DNA of 64,000 nt from positions 24,118,001-24,182,000 of the forward strand of contig JBHGNT010000005.1 of the NCBI GenBank assembly GCA_043228905.1, written 5' to 3'. Positions within the stretch are counted from its first letter, which is position 1, and every line of letters starts with the position of its first letter. The position numbers and the translations under genes are program-made. The DNA is from Azolla caroliniana (Eukaryota > Plantae > Polypodiophyta). The notes below the pieces were generated by a model, which saw only the letters and a list, made by a program, of their open reading frames with translations, made no database searches and was not told the DNA's origin. Shown piece after piece: positions 11,031 through 24,100 of this stretch.

Positions 11031-13678
11031 CTATTCGTCGCCTAAAATGTTGACGATGCTCAGCTCTGTTCATTTGTCATGCATCGGAGGCGGCGTGATG
11101 TCCGTAGGTGCTTTGTTGGTACGGTCGGCCAATGCGTTAGTTTTTGTGTTGTCCTCGTCATGTGGCTCCGTTCGTTCGCCATGCACCGGAGGCGGCGTGA
11201 TGTCCGTAGGTGCTTCGTTGTTTGGCTTGGCTAACGCGTCGGTCTTTGCGTTGACTTCTTCACGCGGCATCGTCGTGGTGGGCTCAGTTGGTATGCCGTC
11301 CGGGACATTTCCTTGTGGCTCCGGCGATGGCTCTTCCTGGCATGGGAAGGCATTCGAGCACAACTCTTCTCCGCTCGTAACGTCCACGGGCTTGATCGGT
11401 GTAGTTGTTTCCTTAGGCGCGTCATTTGGGTTAGGATCGGGCTCGTTATTGCTTCCGCCCTTTTCAATTCCTCCCCCCCTAGCTCTTGCTGCCGAGCTCC
11501 ATTAGCTGGTGGAACATGTCTTCCTGACTTTCCCCGAAATCTTCGAGCAACTGCGTGAGTTCTTCGGAGTGTTGGTCAACTAGTGTTTGATATTCTTGCA
11601 CGAGGTCCTCTCGTACCACTGCAATGCTCTCCTCATTTAGCTTGTAGAAGCCCCTGCCCTCTTTGTGGTGGTTCTCCCAGTCTGCCCAGTAGGTATGCAA
11701 TTCCGCTGCTTGCGTAGCCCACGCCGCCCATCCTTTGTCCAACGCAGCTTTCAACTGCGTTGTAAACCGCCCATGATTTGTTTGGAGGACATGTACATTG
11801 TTCGTTAGCGTTTGAGAGCGGGCTTGCGCTACGTCCAGGGCCATCTTGAGGTTTTCGATTTTATGATTATTAGTTGTCGTTGCTTCCTCATAGTAGCTCT
11901 TCATCTTTGCCCATATCTAGGACTCTTTTAAGTGTAGTTCTTCGAGCCGTCCCATTTCATTGTTTAGGAGGATTTCTACCTGATGCGTCTGTTCACGTTC
12001 ATGCACGAGTTGTTCATCGTACCAAGCTTTTCTATTAACTCGTGAAGCCTCGTAATGACGACCTCTGTCTTCTTTGCTTCCTCCTGCAGCTTTCTCTTTT
12101 CTTCTTTTCTGTTGGTATGGGCTGCTATCTCTGCGTCGAGCTTATCCTCAAGTGCTTTGGCCAGCCTTCTTCCTTTGGTCCTGATATCTGCTTCTCTGTC
12201 TGATGATTGGCCGAGTTCTGCACGGAGTCGGTCGATCTTGGTCTCGGCTAACTGCGTAGCCCTTTTTGCTTTGGCGGCTATGGCGGTTTGAGCTTCAACC
12301 TCCTCCCATAAAGTGTTCAACTCATTATCATTGGGGGGTAGGTCAGGGGATATGTTGCATCGTAGTCGTATTGCTTTCTAATTGCGCAATGCACTCTTGT
12401 GCCTTTTGCAATTGGTCTTGAGTCGGCTTGACTTTCTTCCAGACATTTTTATTTTTAATAGCCATATCCTTGGTGCCCACACCGACTCTTGCCAATTCTC
12501 TATGCACCTCGACCAGGGCCGCATTTAATGGAGGTAATTCGATGCCCATACGGAGAATTCTCGCGTTACGCTCCCTGCCTACATTGGCAAGGGGCCCCTC
12601 ATCTTCGCTTTCTGTCGTGCTTGTCAGTGCACGCTCAATCATTTGCTTTTCAACGTGCTCCTCGGTCATTCTCTGGGACACCTTGATCTGTTGTGTCACC
12701 AAGAATTCCATGAGTTCGTATATCGTTCCAAACTACAATAGTGCGTCGAACTCATGGTCTGTATTGGGAATGTCCGCTTTCTGCTGTGAGCATTCCTTTG
12801 CCATGTTGAGACTGAGCCGTAATGATTGGTTGTGGCTCACGGATTATCTCGAATATAGTTGTGGGCTCTGTGGGGGCGGAAGTTTCGACTGGTACGGCTA
12901 TATCTTTTACCAATCCGCTCCCATCCTTCCAATGTAGCCTACGACGCTTAGGCTTTGGGCTTCTCCAGTTGTGTTCCGGTTCCTGCTCACCTGTTGTTGT
13001 CGGTGCGTTGACGGTCTCTGTTGGTTGTTTTGGCTACATTGGTTCCCCGACGAGGTGGGAAGGATGTGGTTCTTCTTCCTATTCCGTGGTTGCCAATTCC
13101 ACTAGCCGCCGTTTTGTTGATCGTGGCAAGGGCGTAGGTTTGCTAGTCAGTGGGGCGGGGAGTCCACGTGGTGGAAACAGTATCGTAAGGTATTGTTGAA
13201 TGATCGGCCTTAGATTTTTTCCGGCTAGGTATGCGTGTAGTCCCTCTCGCAACGCTGGTCCCATAATTACTCCCCAATCTACTGTGGGACCTTCAAATGT
13301 GTCGATGATAATGATTGCCTTCTGTTTCGGCATCCCTTAGACGTTAACATGTACGCAACCAACTTCCAGCAGGAACTTTGCAATCTCCCGAAAAAATGGA
13401 TTCGGGATTTTCCTTGTTCTGTATGCCTTGGCAGATGTCGAATATTGTCTAAAATACTTCTCCAGTTCATCGGATGGAGGAATTCGAAGTGCTTCTCGCC
13501 CGTTGCTAACAGACACAACTTCTTCCGGATACTAGCATTTTGTCACCGTGTCAATGTTGAGCTTCCTGGAGATGTCTTGGACATCGGGGTGCGGTGGCGC
13601 TCTTGCTACCCGGATGTACCCCTCAAACCCCTTTTCTAGGAGCCACCTGCGCAAAGCTGCCGAGATGGTGATCGGCAT
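11031..13678 (-). pseudogene. Extra (post-integrase) ORF of element C, ~880 codons, disrupted
   Basis: MPITISAALRRWLLEKGFEGY...YSTSAKAY...MPKQKAIIIIDTFEGPTVDWG...YLTILFPP; coiled-coil ORF fragments 12711-11479; ends ELSIVNILGDE*. Confidence 0.85.
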
Positions 13679-14048
13679 CGTGGGTGGACAGGGTTTGTGC
13701 GAAGAGTGTTGAATGGGTGAAGCATGTGAGTTGCGTTGTGCGTGGTGCCTGTGGTATGCATGAGAGCGAGGAGAGTGAGGAGCACGAGGAGAATAGAAGG
13801 TTGGAGGTTGTTTTCTATAATGTGTAGAAAACCTTCTGTTTCCTTCTTTTTGTGCCTTAGGGTTCATACACCTGTGTGACATCGTGGCGACGCGTGTTCT
13901 TGGTTTTGGGATTTGTACATGCATAAAGTCCTTTTATTAGTCGTGAATATCTTCTCTCTCTCTGTCTTTTCTTATTTTTTTCTTTTTCTTTCAATGTTAA
14001 AGTACAACATTACTGTTACATTTGTTACGAGTGGGTCCCGACTACTGG

Positions 14049-17000
14049 TTAGTGTGGGATACATCCGCCGTGTCCGTTACAACATGAAACAAGTTTGGGG
14101 GCATAACTCCCGGGTAAGGCTTTAATCGGAATCCGTTCACTTTTTGGCGTAGTACTTCTCCGGCGAGGGTACCTAATTGAAAGGTTCCATTTTCCGCCCC
14201 AATTATCTAGCACGGCCCTATCCAGCAAAATCGTAACTTCCCGGGCATTAGCCCCATGCATGTTTGAAAGACTATATGACTTTCCCAACCTTGAAGTCTT
14301 TCTCTCGTGTGCCTTGATGTCGATCTACGAACGCCTTACGCTGTCGCTGCTCTTGCTCCAATATGACCATGCTGCGGATCCAAGCTTCACCTAGTTCAAG
14401 AAGTTGTTGCAGCCGGATCTGCTCGGACTGGCCTTCCGATAGTCTGTCGCGTACTTGAATCCGCAAACTGGGTACCTGGAATTCAATGGGCATTACGACC
14501 TCTAACCCAAACGCTAACCGGAAAGGCGTGGACTGTATACTCGTTTTTTAACTCGTTCGGTACGCCCACAAGGCACTGTGCAGCTTTGTGTCCCAGTCTA
14601 TTCTATTCTCATTCACTATCTTTTTCAGGATAGTCTGTAGTGTCTTGTTCGTGGATTCTGCTAACCCATTTGCCTGTGGGTAATATGGCGTACTCTTCTT
14701 GTGTACTACGGAGTAACGGTTCGTGAGTTCGTGGATGACCGAATTCAAGAAATGGCTCCCTTGGTCGCTGATGAGCTCTATTGGGCAACCAAAACGGCAC
14801 CAGATGCGTTCATAAAGGAATCTTGTCGTGGACGTTGTAGTATTGTCCCGTAACGGTTTGGCTTCTACCAACTTTGTGCAGTAATTTGTGGCCACAAGAA
14901 TATATTTGTTGCTTGTCCGTGTTGTGGCCGGCGTAAAGGGACCGACAAAATCGAGACCCCATTTTTGGAACGGGTCAAATGGGAGTACTGGTTGGTGAGG
15001 CATTCTTGCGAGCTCCGTAGGTTGCCCCAAGCATTGACATAGATCACATTGTTTACAGTATTGATATGCGTCCTTTTGCGTAGTTGGCCACCAGACACCC
15101 GCTTGCCATACTTTTCTAGCCGTGACATCACCCAAGTAATGTCCTCCAGCCGTACCACAATGAGCTTCGTGTAGTATGGCTTCCTTCTCATCTTGCCATA
15201 TTCCACGCCGCCAAATGTCATCGCTTCCTTTATGGTAGAGTACGCCTTCAACCAGACAGAAGTTACGACTCCAGACTACCAATCGTATCTTTTTGTTCGT
15301 CCGTAGTTATGGTGGTGGCAAACCCGTGGTAAAAAAGTAGGTCATCTCCATTAGCCAACGATCCAGAAAATTCTTTTCTTCTCGGGACACCGTGATCGCG
15401 ACCCACAGAATATCAGTATCGTGAAAGTCATCATCTTGTCGCAACGTGTTACCACTGTTGTCTATTTTGCTTAAGAAATCAGCTATGACATGATGTGTAC
15501 CCAACCGATGTTGAATCACAAAGTCGAACTCTTGGCGCAACAGCATCCATCTAGCCAGCTTCCCTGTCAACGTTTGCTTCTCGACCTGGTAGAGTAATGT
15601 CGTGTAGTCTACGTGAAATGTAAATTTCCACCCGAGTAGATAATGCCATATTTTGTTGATGTTGTAGATCATACCCAAGGCCTCACGCTTGGTCATGGAA
15701 TAGTTCTGTTCAGCATCTGATAACTTACGATTGGCATAATAAACCGATCGGTACCGATTCGGCTTTGTGAGCTGCATCAATGCGCTGCCTATTGCGATAT
15801 TTGAGGCATCTACAAATATGTGAAAAGGTTTCGTCCAATCTACGACTGGTGCTTGGGTTAGCATTATCTTCAGTGCCTCATACGCTTTGTCTTCTACTGG
15901 TGTCCAGTTGAAAGGAGTACGGTGTACGACGGCGTGTAATGGAGTTGCGAAATCTGCCAAGTATCGTAACATAAGGTTGTGCCTGCTTATTTTCCCTAAG
16001 AAGCGGCTAAGGGCTTTGGCATTAGTCGGGGTATTTGCTTCAATGATTGCCATGATTTTGTTAGGGTCTACTGTTATCCCCTCCTTGCTTACTATATGTC
16101 GGATGAGTGCTCCACTATTGACCCCAAATGCACATTTCGCCGGATTAAGACTGAGGCGTGACGTACGACAGCATTCCAAACAAAGTCATAGATGCCCCAA
16201 ATGTGCACCTCACATTCCATACACTGCAAATTCGTCGAGAAAAACTTGCATAAATGCGCGTATATATTCTCCAAAAATCTCCTTAATTGTTCACAGGAAA
16301 GTGGCAGGCGCCATTTTAGACCAAACATCATTACTACGGCAACGAACACGCCCCAGTCCACGACGAACGCGATCTTCTCTTGGTCATCAGGGTGCATGCG
16401 TACGTGATTGTATCCGTTGAAGCCATCCAGAAAACTATTCATGTGATGGCCCGCGACGGTGTCTAGTATGCTCTCTGTAAAAGGTAAGGGAAACGCATCC
16501 ATAATTGTTACGACGTTTAGCTTACGATAATCCACACAAACGCGTATTTTCCCATTTTTCTTCGGCACCACGACTATTGGACTTAGCCACATGGCCTGTT
16601 TTACCGGCCGAATGAACCTTGCTTTCATGCTTTCAACAGTTTGTCAATTTCTTCTTTTACGCTAGCCGCATAATTCAGGTTCATTCAATAGCGTCGCTGC
16701 TACACAAGTTTCGCATCGGTGGACAAGTTGATCTTGTGCTGATAAAACTTCGGATCCAACCCTTTCATGTCCTTGTGTGACCATGCGAAAACATCCTTCT
16801 ATTCCCGGAGCAGTTTTGTCATTGTCGTCTTCTAACCAGAGGTCTGGTCCCTAGCAATTGAGAGTAGCCGTGGCACCGCCGTAGTTCCCATGTTGACTTC
16901 TAATGCAAAAGCGGTGACTCGACGTGAGATTTCCATTTCTTTTTCAAACGCTTCTCGTGTCCTACTTAACTCTATTATCGACTCAGGATCAGGCTTGTAC

Positions 17001-17469
17001 TCCTCTTCTCGAAACGAACTAGTGGGGGCGTACTCTGCAACGGTTTCCATTACGTCAATTTCGAATAATGGCACAATCCACAGGTTTTCAGTGAGGTATG
17101 CCTCAAGCTCAGTATCATCCAATCCTTCCAGCATATTAATATCTTCGGCGTATAATGGCGTGATGCCCTTGGTTGGGGCCGTTGTTTCCTGCGTAGGTAC
17201 ACGGACTTTGTTGCGGCCTCGTCGAAAGCTGATGCAGTTATGCTGCCAATTCTGCTTGATGTTGGCAGAGCATAACCATGGTCTGTCCAGCAAAATTGGA
17301 TACGCTCTCGGAGTGTCTAATGTGAGCACCACCGCAGAGATGTCAAAGTGATGGCCTCCGACGACAATTCCTAATTTCCGAATTAACCCGAGGGGCCTGA
17401 TGGAACGTGTGTCTGCGATACGGAGCCAGAAAGGACATGCTTCCCAATCTGTAATGCCTAGTCGAGTAC
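14049..17469 (-). pseudogene. Element C pol: protease C-part, RT, RNase H, integrase
   Basis: WLSPIVVVPKKNGKIRVCVDYRKLN; FVDASNIAIG; HCGTAGGH..C..C; WGLDFVGP; ISDQGSHF; PYYPQANGLAE. Frameshifted. Confidence 0.92.
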
Positions 17470-18051
17470 ACGTTGCCGTGAAGAATTTCGGCCAGAGGCG
17501 GAAACTGGGAAATATTGGCTACATTGGCGTGGTGCAGCATGTGCGCTCACCCTTGTAAATTTGTTAACTCTTAGGGCCGGACAATGGCCTAACACAGGGT
17601 GTCTACGGAAGACACTTCACCAAAGGGTGTTACGGCAACCGGATTAGACTCAACGCTTACTCCGACTTAATTAAGTTACTAAGCACGATCGTCTTTCATA
17701 ATCACACGCGTAAGATATAACAATTAAGACAGAACGGCAATTAACACAGAGAGATAACAACGCTTAAGCTTTCATTAATTAACCGCTATTCATTACATTG
17801 TATCCGGGCCTTTAAATAGGTTTCCGGTCTGTATTACAAAACGGTGCCATCCGCACCTGTTCGGGATCGGTCCGGATCCAGAACGGCATACCGATACTGG
17901 TCCGTCCGTCCACACTCACATCTTAATTACAACCACATTCCTACTACTTAAATAACTCTCTGTTTCCCACTCTGAACTCCTTTGCCGGCCGGTAACACAT
18001 GGCACGCTCGTGGGACAGTACCTTGTACATTGAATCCACAACCGACCCTTG

Positions 18052-20829
18052 CTATTCTTCGTCCAAAAAATATAGAATGCTTTGTTCGAGAGGCTCCAAT
18101 GGTTCATCTGGAAGTGGTTGTTGTTGTTGTTGTTCTTGCTGCTCTGTTAATGTCTGTTGCGGCGGGTCCATTGATGGCTGCTGCTGCTACTCCTCTGTTC
18201 GTTGCTCTGACATCGGCGTCTCCGTCGTTGCTCCCTTCGTCGTAGTGGTCTCCGGTTGACTAGTTCCGGGTTGGCCCTCAGCCGGCGACGGTTCCTCATC
18301 ACTAAGGTTAACCGTTGCCGCTTCCCGTGCTTTTTCTTCCCGAACCCGGGACCGCTCGTAGCTTTCAAACTGGATTTGAGCGTCCAACCTCTCATCGTCT
18401 AGCTGAGCTACGAGCTACCTGACCTACGCCAGTTGTTCATCCGCCAGGACTTGAAAGTCGTCGGCCAGCTCGTCCCGTATGGCGGTGAAGTCCTCGGAAG
18501 TCAACGTATAACAATCATCTCCTTCCTTCCGCCAGTTTGCCACATCTGCCCGTAGCAACTGGAGTTCCGCTGCGTTTTGTGCCCACTTTGTCCACCATTT
18601 TACGGAGCTTTCATCAATCAAGTGTTTTGTCTGATTCAGCCATGCCTGGAGGATGGACTGAATCCAGCTCGTTCCCAATTGCGATTTGGTTTGCGCCGCT
18701 TGCCGTTCATCCTTCAGTTGCTTGATGATTTTGACGTTGTCTTCCGCCTACGCCTTGTAATGCGTCAATTGCCTTTGATATGTACTTTGTAATTTCTGCA
18801 ATACTGTTGACACTCTCTCTTTATCTTCCTACTGCTGCCTCTGGAGCTCCATCCGGACCTTCTCCGCCTTGTCCAAGCGTCTTGTATTTTCCGCACGTTC
18901 GTCGGCGATCGTCGTCGCGGCCCGATCAACTTCCTGCTGGAGCTCGACCATCCGTTCCTTAGGCTCCGTTTCCAGCCGTTTGTAGTCCCGGTGCAGGTGC
19001 TCAAAATCATCTGTCTTTTGCTTGAGCCGTGCGTTGATCTGTCGACGGGCCCGGTCCTCGCGGTCCTTCTGCTGGCGGAGCTCTTCCTTTAGCCGTTCAA
19101 TCTCTGTTTCCGCCGTTTTCCGCAGCTTGTCCTTTTCCTGCAGCACTTTGTCTTTCTCCTCTAGCCGGTCGTACGCTTGATGGCCTTTCTAGAGGCTCTC
19201 CTCTGCTCGGTGGAAGTTCTCGGCAGTCTTCTTTAATTCGGCTTCGGCCGCTGTCTTCAATTCTCATTCCCGGCTCCTTAGCGCTTCTTGTGCGGCAAGT
19301 TCGTCTCTCAATTCCGCAAGCTCCTGGGCTTGCGCCGCATCTCTCGCCGGAACGGTTTCCGTTTCCGGGGTCTTATTGCTATGTACAGGTTGATCCGTTT
19401 CTTTATTCTGTACACTTACCGGAGTCACCGGTGATTGGATCTGTGTTGTCGTTAAGGCCATTTTGGCCATCTCTGTCGTGACCTGATCCAAGTCTTTTTC
19501 AAGGCACCGGATTCTGGACCGGGCCGTCTCTAGTTGTTCGGTTGTCACGAGCAACCGTTCGCTTTGCGTTCTTTCTTCCGCCTCAATATACCCCACTACT
19601 CCGGCAATCTGTTTGCCTATCCACCGAAGCCACAGGCTACTGGTGCCTTGTTGTGCTTGCACGAAGGTTTGACAGATGGGCTCACTTGTAAAGGGGTGGC
19701 CCCGCCTGGTTGCGCCGAGTTGCAGTTCCATTTCTGCCCATGGACCACCCTGTTGTCCTGGTTCCCCTTGCGCTTTTTCTTGGCTGGTCGAGGGAGGCTG
19801 CATTGACCTTTCCGGCTCTGGCGGGATGGGACTTGCCGGTGTTGTCGGTGGTGCCGGGGCTTCTGATTCCGGTGCCATGCGCACCGGTTCCGGTTCCTTC
19901 CTTGGCGTGGGAGTCTCAGTATGGGGAGCCGGTGTTCCCTCCGTCTGAGGGTCCGAACATTTCCCGGCTGCCTCAACGGTCCTTGCCGACGACCGTCGCT
20001 GGAGATGCTCCGTAGGCTCCTCCTCTATTTCCTCTTCCTGAGCCCCAACATTGAGTTTTGCCGCCAAGGGGTCCGCTTCTCTATTCACCGGTCGGCGGAG
20101 TGTAACCTTTACGGGCCGTGCCGGTGGTTCCTCCTGCGCCTCCGTTGGGTGCTTCCGGCTGCCGCTCCCTGCTGCCGCCTGTTCTGCATCCGCCGCCTTT
20201 CCCTTAGTGGCCTTAGAGGCCAACAGATGTTGTCGTTTAGAAGCCGTCTTTGGGGTGTCGTCCGCCACTCTTCCTCGCTTCTTGGGCTGGACGGGTGGCA
20301 CAAGCAAGGTGAGCCACTGCGTTACGGCGTGCCATATCCTCCGTCCGTCTCGGCCTTCTTTGCCGTCTTTGCCTCTGACGATCTTGATGGCCTCACACAA
20401 CCCATCTGCGATCAATACCGGCCAATCCACCTTGATCCCTTCATAGGTGGTGATAATCATCCCTGCCCGGTTCTGCGGCATGACAGGGGGTCTAGGGTAC
20501 ACGTGGCCGTATTCGTGGAGCACACGAGCAATCTCGCGGAACAACATATCTCCGCCGCCCTGTGTCTGGTAGCCCTTGCTGGCAAGAGAGTACTCACCAA
20601 AATACCTGATGAGTTGCTCCGGGGTTGGATTGTCGATCGTGAGTATGCCTCCAACTGGAAGGCCTGTTAACGCTCGAATCGCCTCTGCCGTTATGACCTC
20701 TGTGACGATTTCTTTGATCACTTTGTCGGCTTCTTTGTGTGGCGGTACTTCCATCATCATCAAGAAGCCCTCGAGCCCGTGTTGCTTTAGCCATGTCTTG
20801 GCGCCTTCCGACAGCGTTTGCGGGTCCAT
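18052..20829 (-). pseudogene. Extra (post-integrase) ORF of element A, 926 codons in one frame with 7 internal stops
   Basis: ORFs 21051-19264, 19146-18829, 18678-18424 and 18387-18187 share one frame. The MDPQ start (20829) aligns with the C and E starts. Globular N-domain, Pro-rich linker, coiled coil, acidic tail. Confidence 0.88.
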
Positions 20830-21197
20830 TTCTATGTCGAGGTCGGATTGCGGTGGTGAGGTTGGATGGTGATGAGAGTGAGGTTGAGAGAGAGAGAGTT
20901 CAGAAGGCGGGGGTTCTCTGTCCGCAGGTTCTCGTCTGATGATCTTGCAGCGTCTTGGTGCTTCTGTGCTCCTGGGTCCGCGAAAGTAAAGGGTCTCTAC
21001 GCGCAGTGGTTTTTGTCTGTGCATTCTGGCGCCTTTTTCGAGTGTGTGCATGTCGTGTACTAAAATAGCATTATGTCCTATGGTGGCGCTTTAAATGCCC
21101 ACTACGTACCTTTTCGTTCCTCGCTCTTTCATCCATTCATTCCTCGCTTTTGCATGATTGTTTTTTTTTTTTTTTAATAATTTAATTTAGTGTGACG

Positions 21198-24100
21198 TTA
21201 CTTGTCCGTTGGTCCTCTCGGACCCTTACCGGCCTCATTTTCCCCAGTTATCGGCTCGCCGTTTCTGCCGTCTTGGTGGTTGCCGTTTCCTTCACTGGTG
21301 TCGGTCCTTTGCTCAAATGGGTTCTTAAGCATCGGTCCTCTATATGGCTTCAACCGGAATCCGTTGACCCATTTGCCTAGCACTTCACCGGCAAGTGTCC
21401 CTAACTGGTAGGACCCATTATACTCCCGTGTTAGCCAATACGGTTCGGTCCATCTAAACCGTAGTTTACCCGGCATCTTGCCCATCCGGGTCTGAAATAC
21501 TAACACTGGTTTGCCGATTGCGAACATTTTTTCATTTCCTTTCCTGTGTCGGTCGACAAATGCTTTCCATCGCCGTTGCTCCAATTCTAAATGCAGGATG
21601 CTGGCCAGTCGTTGTTCCTCGAGCTCACACAGCGCTGTCAACCGTATTGCCTCCGACTCCTTCTCGTTCAGCCGTTCCCGTAGCTGGATCCGTAAGCTGG
21701 GTACTTGGAATTCCACCGGCATTACCGCCTCTAGTCCGAACGCTAACCGGAATGGTGTTGTTCAGATGCTCGTCTTGTATGTTGTCCGGTATGCCCAAAG
21801 CGCGCTATGTAGCTTTGTGTCCCAATCCGTTCGGTTTTCGTTGACGATCTTTCGGAGGATATTCTGGAGCGTCTTGTTTGTTGATTCCGCTAAACCGTTC
21901 GCCTGTGGATAGTAGGATGTGCTCCGTTTGTGGACAACAGCATAGAATGTCATCAGGCTTTCCACTACTTGGCCGAGAAAGTGACCCCCTTGGTCGCTTA
22001 TTAATTCAATTGGGCATCCGTAACGGCACCAGATGTACTCGTATAGAAATTTCGTCGTTGACGCAACAGTGTTATCCCTTAATGCTTTGGCCTCCACCCA
22101 TTTCGTGCAGTAATCCGTCGCGACGATGACGTATCGATTACCCGTTCTCATTGTCGGTGGCTTGAATGGTCCCACAAAGTCCAGCCCCCACTTTTGGAAT
22201 GGCTCGAGTGGTAGTACCGGCTGGTGTGGCATACGAGCCTGCTCCGTTGGCTGGCCCATTCGCTGGCATAGGTCACATTCTTTTGCATACCGTACCACAT
22301 CTCTTAATGTCGTTGGCCACCATAAGCCACTTTGCCATATTTTCCTGGCCGTCGCATCTCCGGCATAGTGACCTCCGGCAACTCCGCAGTGGGCTTCCCT
22401 CAGTATCAGTTCCTTTTCATCGCTGCACACCGCCCGTCTCCATATGCCGTCCGCGCCCTTGTGGTACAGTGTGTCTTGTAGTAAGCAGAAATGTCAGCTT
22501 TGCACCGCCAGACGTTTCCATTCATCCCGGTTCATCTCTTCCAGAGGCAGTCCTGTGCTCAGAAACTGGTGCATATTTGTGAGCCACTTGTCTTCCTGGG
22601 CCACCGTCTCATCTGCTGCCATCTCCGTAGTGACTCGAAACAGCTCCGCATCCGGAAACTCATCCGCTACTCCGTCACCCGTCTCTCCGGACTCTAATCG
22701 GCTTAAGTAATCCGCCACGGCATGCTGTATATCGGGTCGGTGGAATATTTCAAACTCGAATTCCTGTAACAGTAAGGTCCACCGGGCTAATTTGCCGGTG
22801 AGTGACGCTTTGGACACCAGGTAAAGGAGTGTCGAATGATCTACATGGAAGGAAAACTTTCTTCCCAATAAATAATGCCGAAACTTTGTCACACTGCAAA
22901 TCATCCCTAGAGCTTCCCGTTCCATGGTAGAGTAGTTTCGTTCTGCTTGGGATAGCTTTCGGCTGGCATAGTACACTGGCCGGTACCACTTTGGTTCCGT
23001 AAGCTGCATCAGTACGCTTCCAATTGCGATGTCGGAGGCGTCCACGAACACGTGAAATTCTTTACTCCAATCCGGAGGCTGCACTACCGGTGCCTGCGAC
23101 AATAGTACCTTGAGGGCCCTATACGCCCTATCCTCGGTGTCGGTCCACTGGAATGGTGTCCGATGCACGGCGGCATGCAACGGTGTAGCCAGGTCGGCCA
23201 AGTATCGGAGCATCCAACTGTGCCACCGGATCTGGCCTAAGAACCGGCTTAATGCCTTTGCCGTTGCCGGCACCGGTGCTTCTAATATGGCTTTCACTTT
23301 GTCTGGGTCGACTGCAATACCTTCTTGGCTCACAATATGTCCTAATAGAGTTCCACTGGACATGCCAAATACACATTTTGCCGGATTCAAGCTTAGCCGG
23401 TACGCTCTACACTTTTCAAGACAAAGGCGGAGGTGCTGAAAATGGTCCTCCTCCCGGCTATAGACGGCGAAATCGTCAAGGAAAACCTGCATAAAAGCCG
23501 GAATATATTCACCGAAGATTTCCATGATGATTCGTTGAAATGTTGTCGGTGCCGTTTTGAGTCCGAACATCATCACCACAGCCACAAACACCCCCCATTC
23601 GGTGACGAAAGCCGTTTTCTCTTGGTCGTCGGGGTGCATCCGGATCTGATTATACCCGTTGAATCCGTCTAGGAAGCTATAGACCTCATGGCCGGCGACG
23701 GCATCCAACACTCCATCTGTGAACGGAAGTGGAAACGCATCCGTTACCGTAGCCGCATTGAGTTTCCGGTAGTTCACACAAACTCGAATTTTTCCGTTCT
23801 TCTTCGGTACGACTACCATCGGGCTCAGCCATGTCGCTTTCTTTACCGGACGGATAAAGCCAACTCTTAGCAGTTTGTCGATTTCCTCCTTGACTTTGGC
23901 GGCATAATTGGGATTCATCCGGTACCGTCTTTCTACCACTGGTTTTGCGTCCTTGCTCAAGTGCACCTGATGCTGGTATAACTAAGGGTCGAGTCCTCGC
24001 ATGTCTTCGTATGACCAGGCGAACACATCGCGAAATTCCGTGAGAAGTGTTATCATCGCCGTTTTGTCTTCGGGCTTCATCTCCTTGGCGATGTGCACCG

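Noticed and set aside
19921-20670. Long plus-strand ORFs (also 25051-25764, 60718-61350)
   Set aside because: Antisense shadows of GC-rich real ORFs, with no motifs.
18052-21051. Retroviral env gene
   Set aside because: Env-like position, but no evident signal peptide or transmembrane segment.
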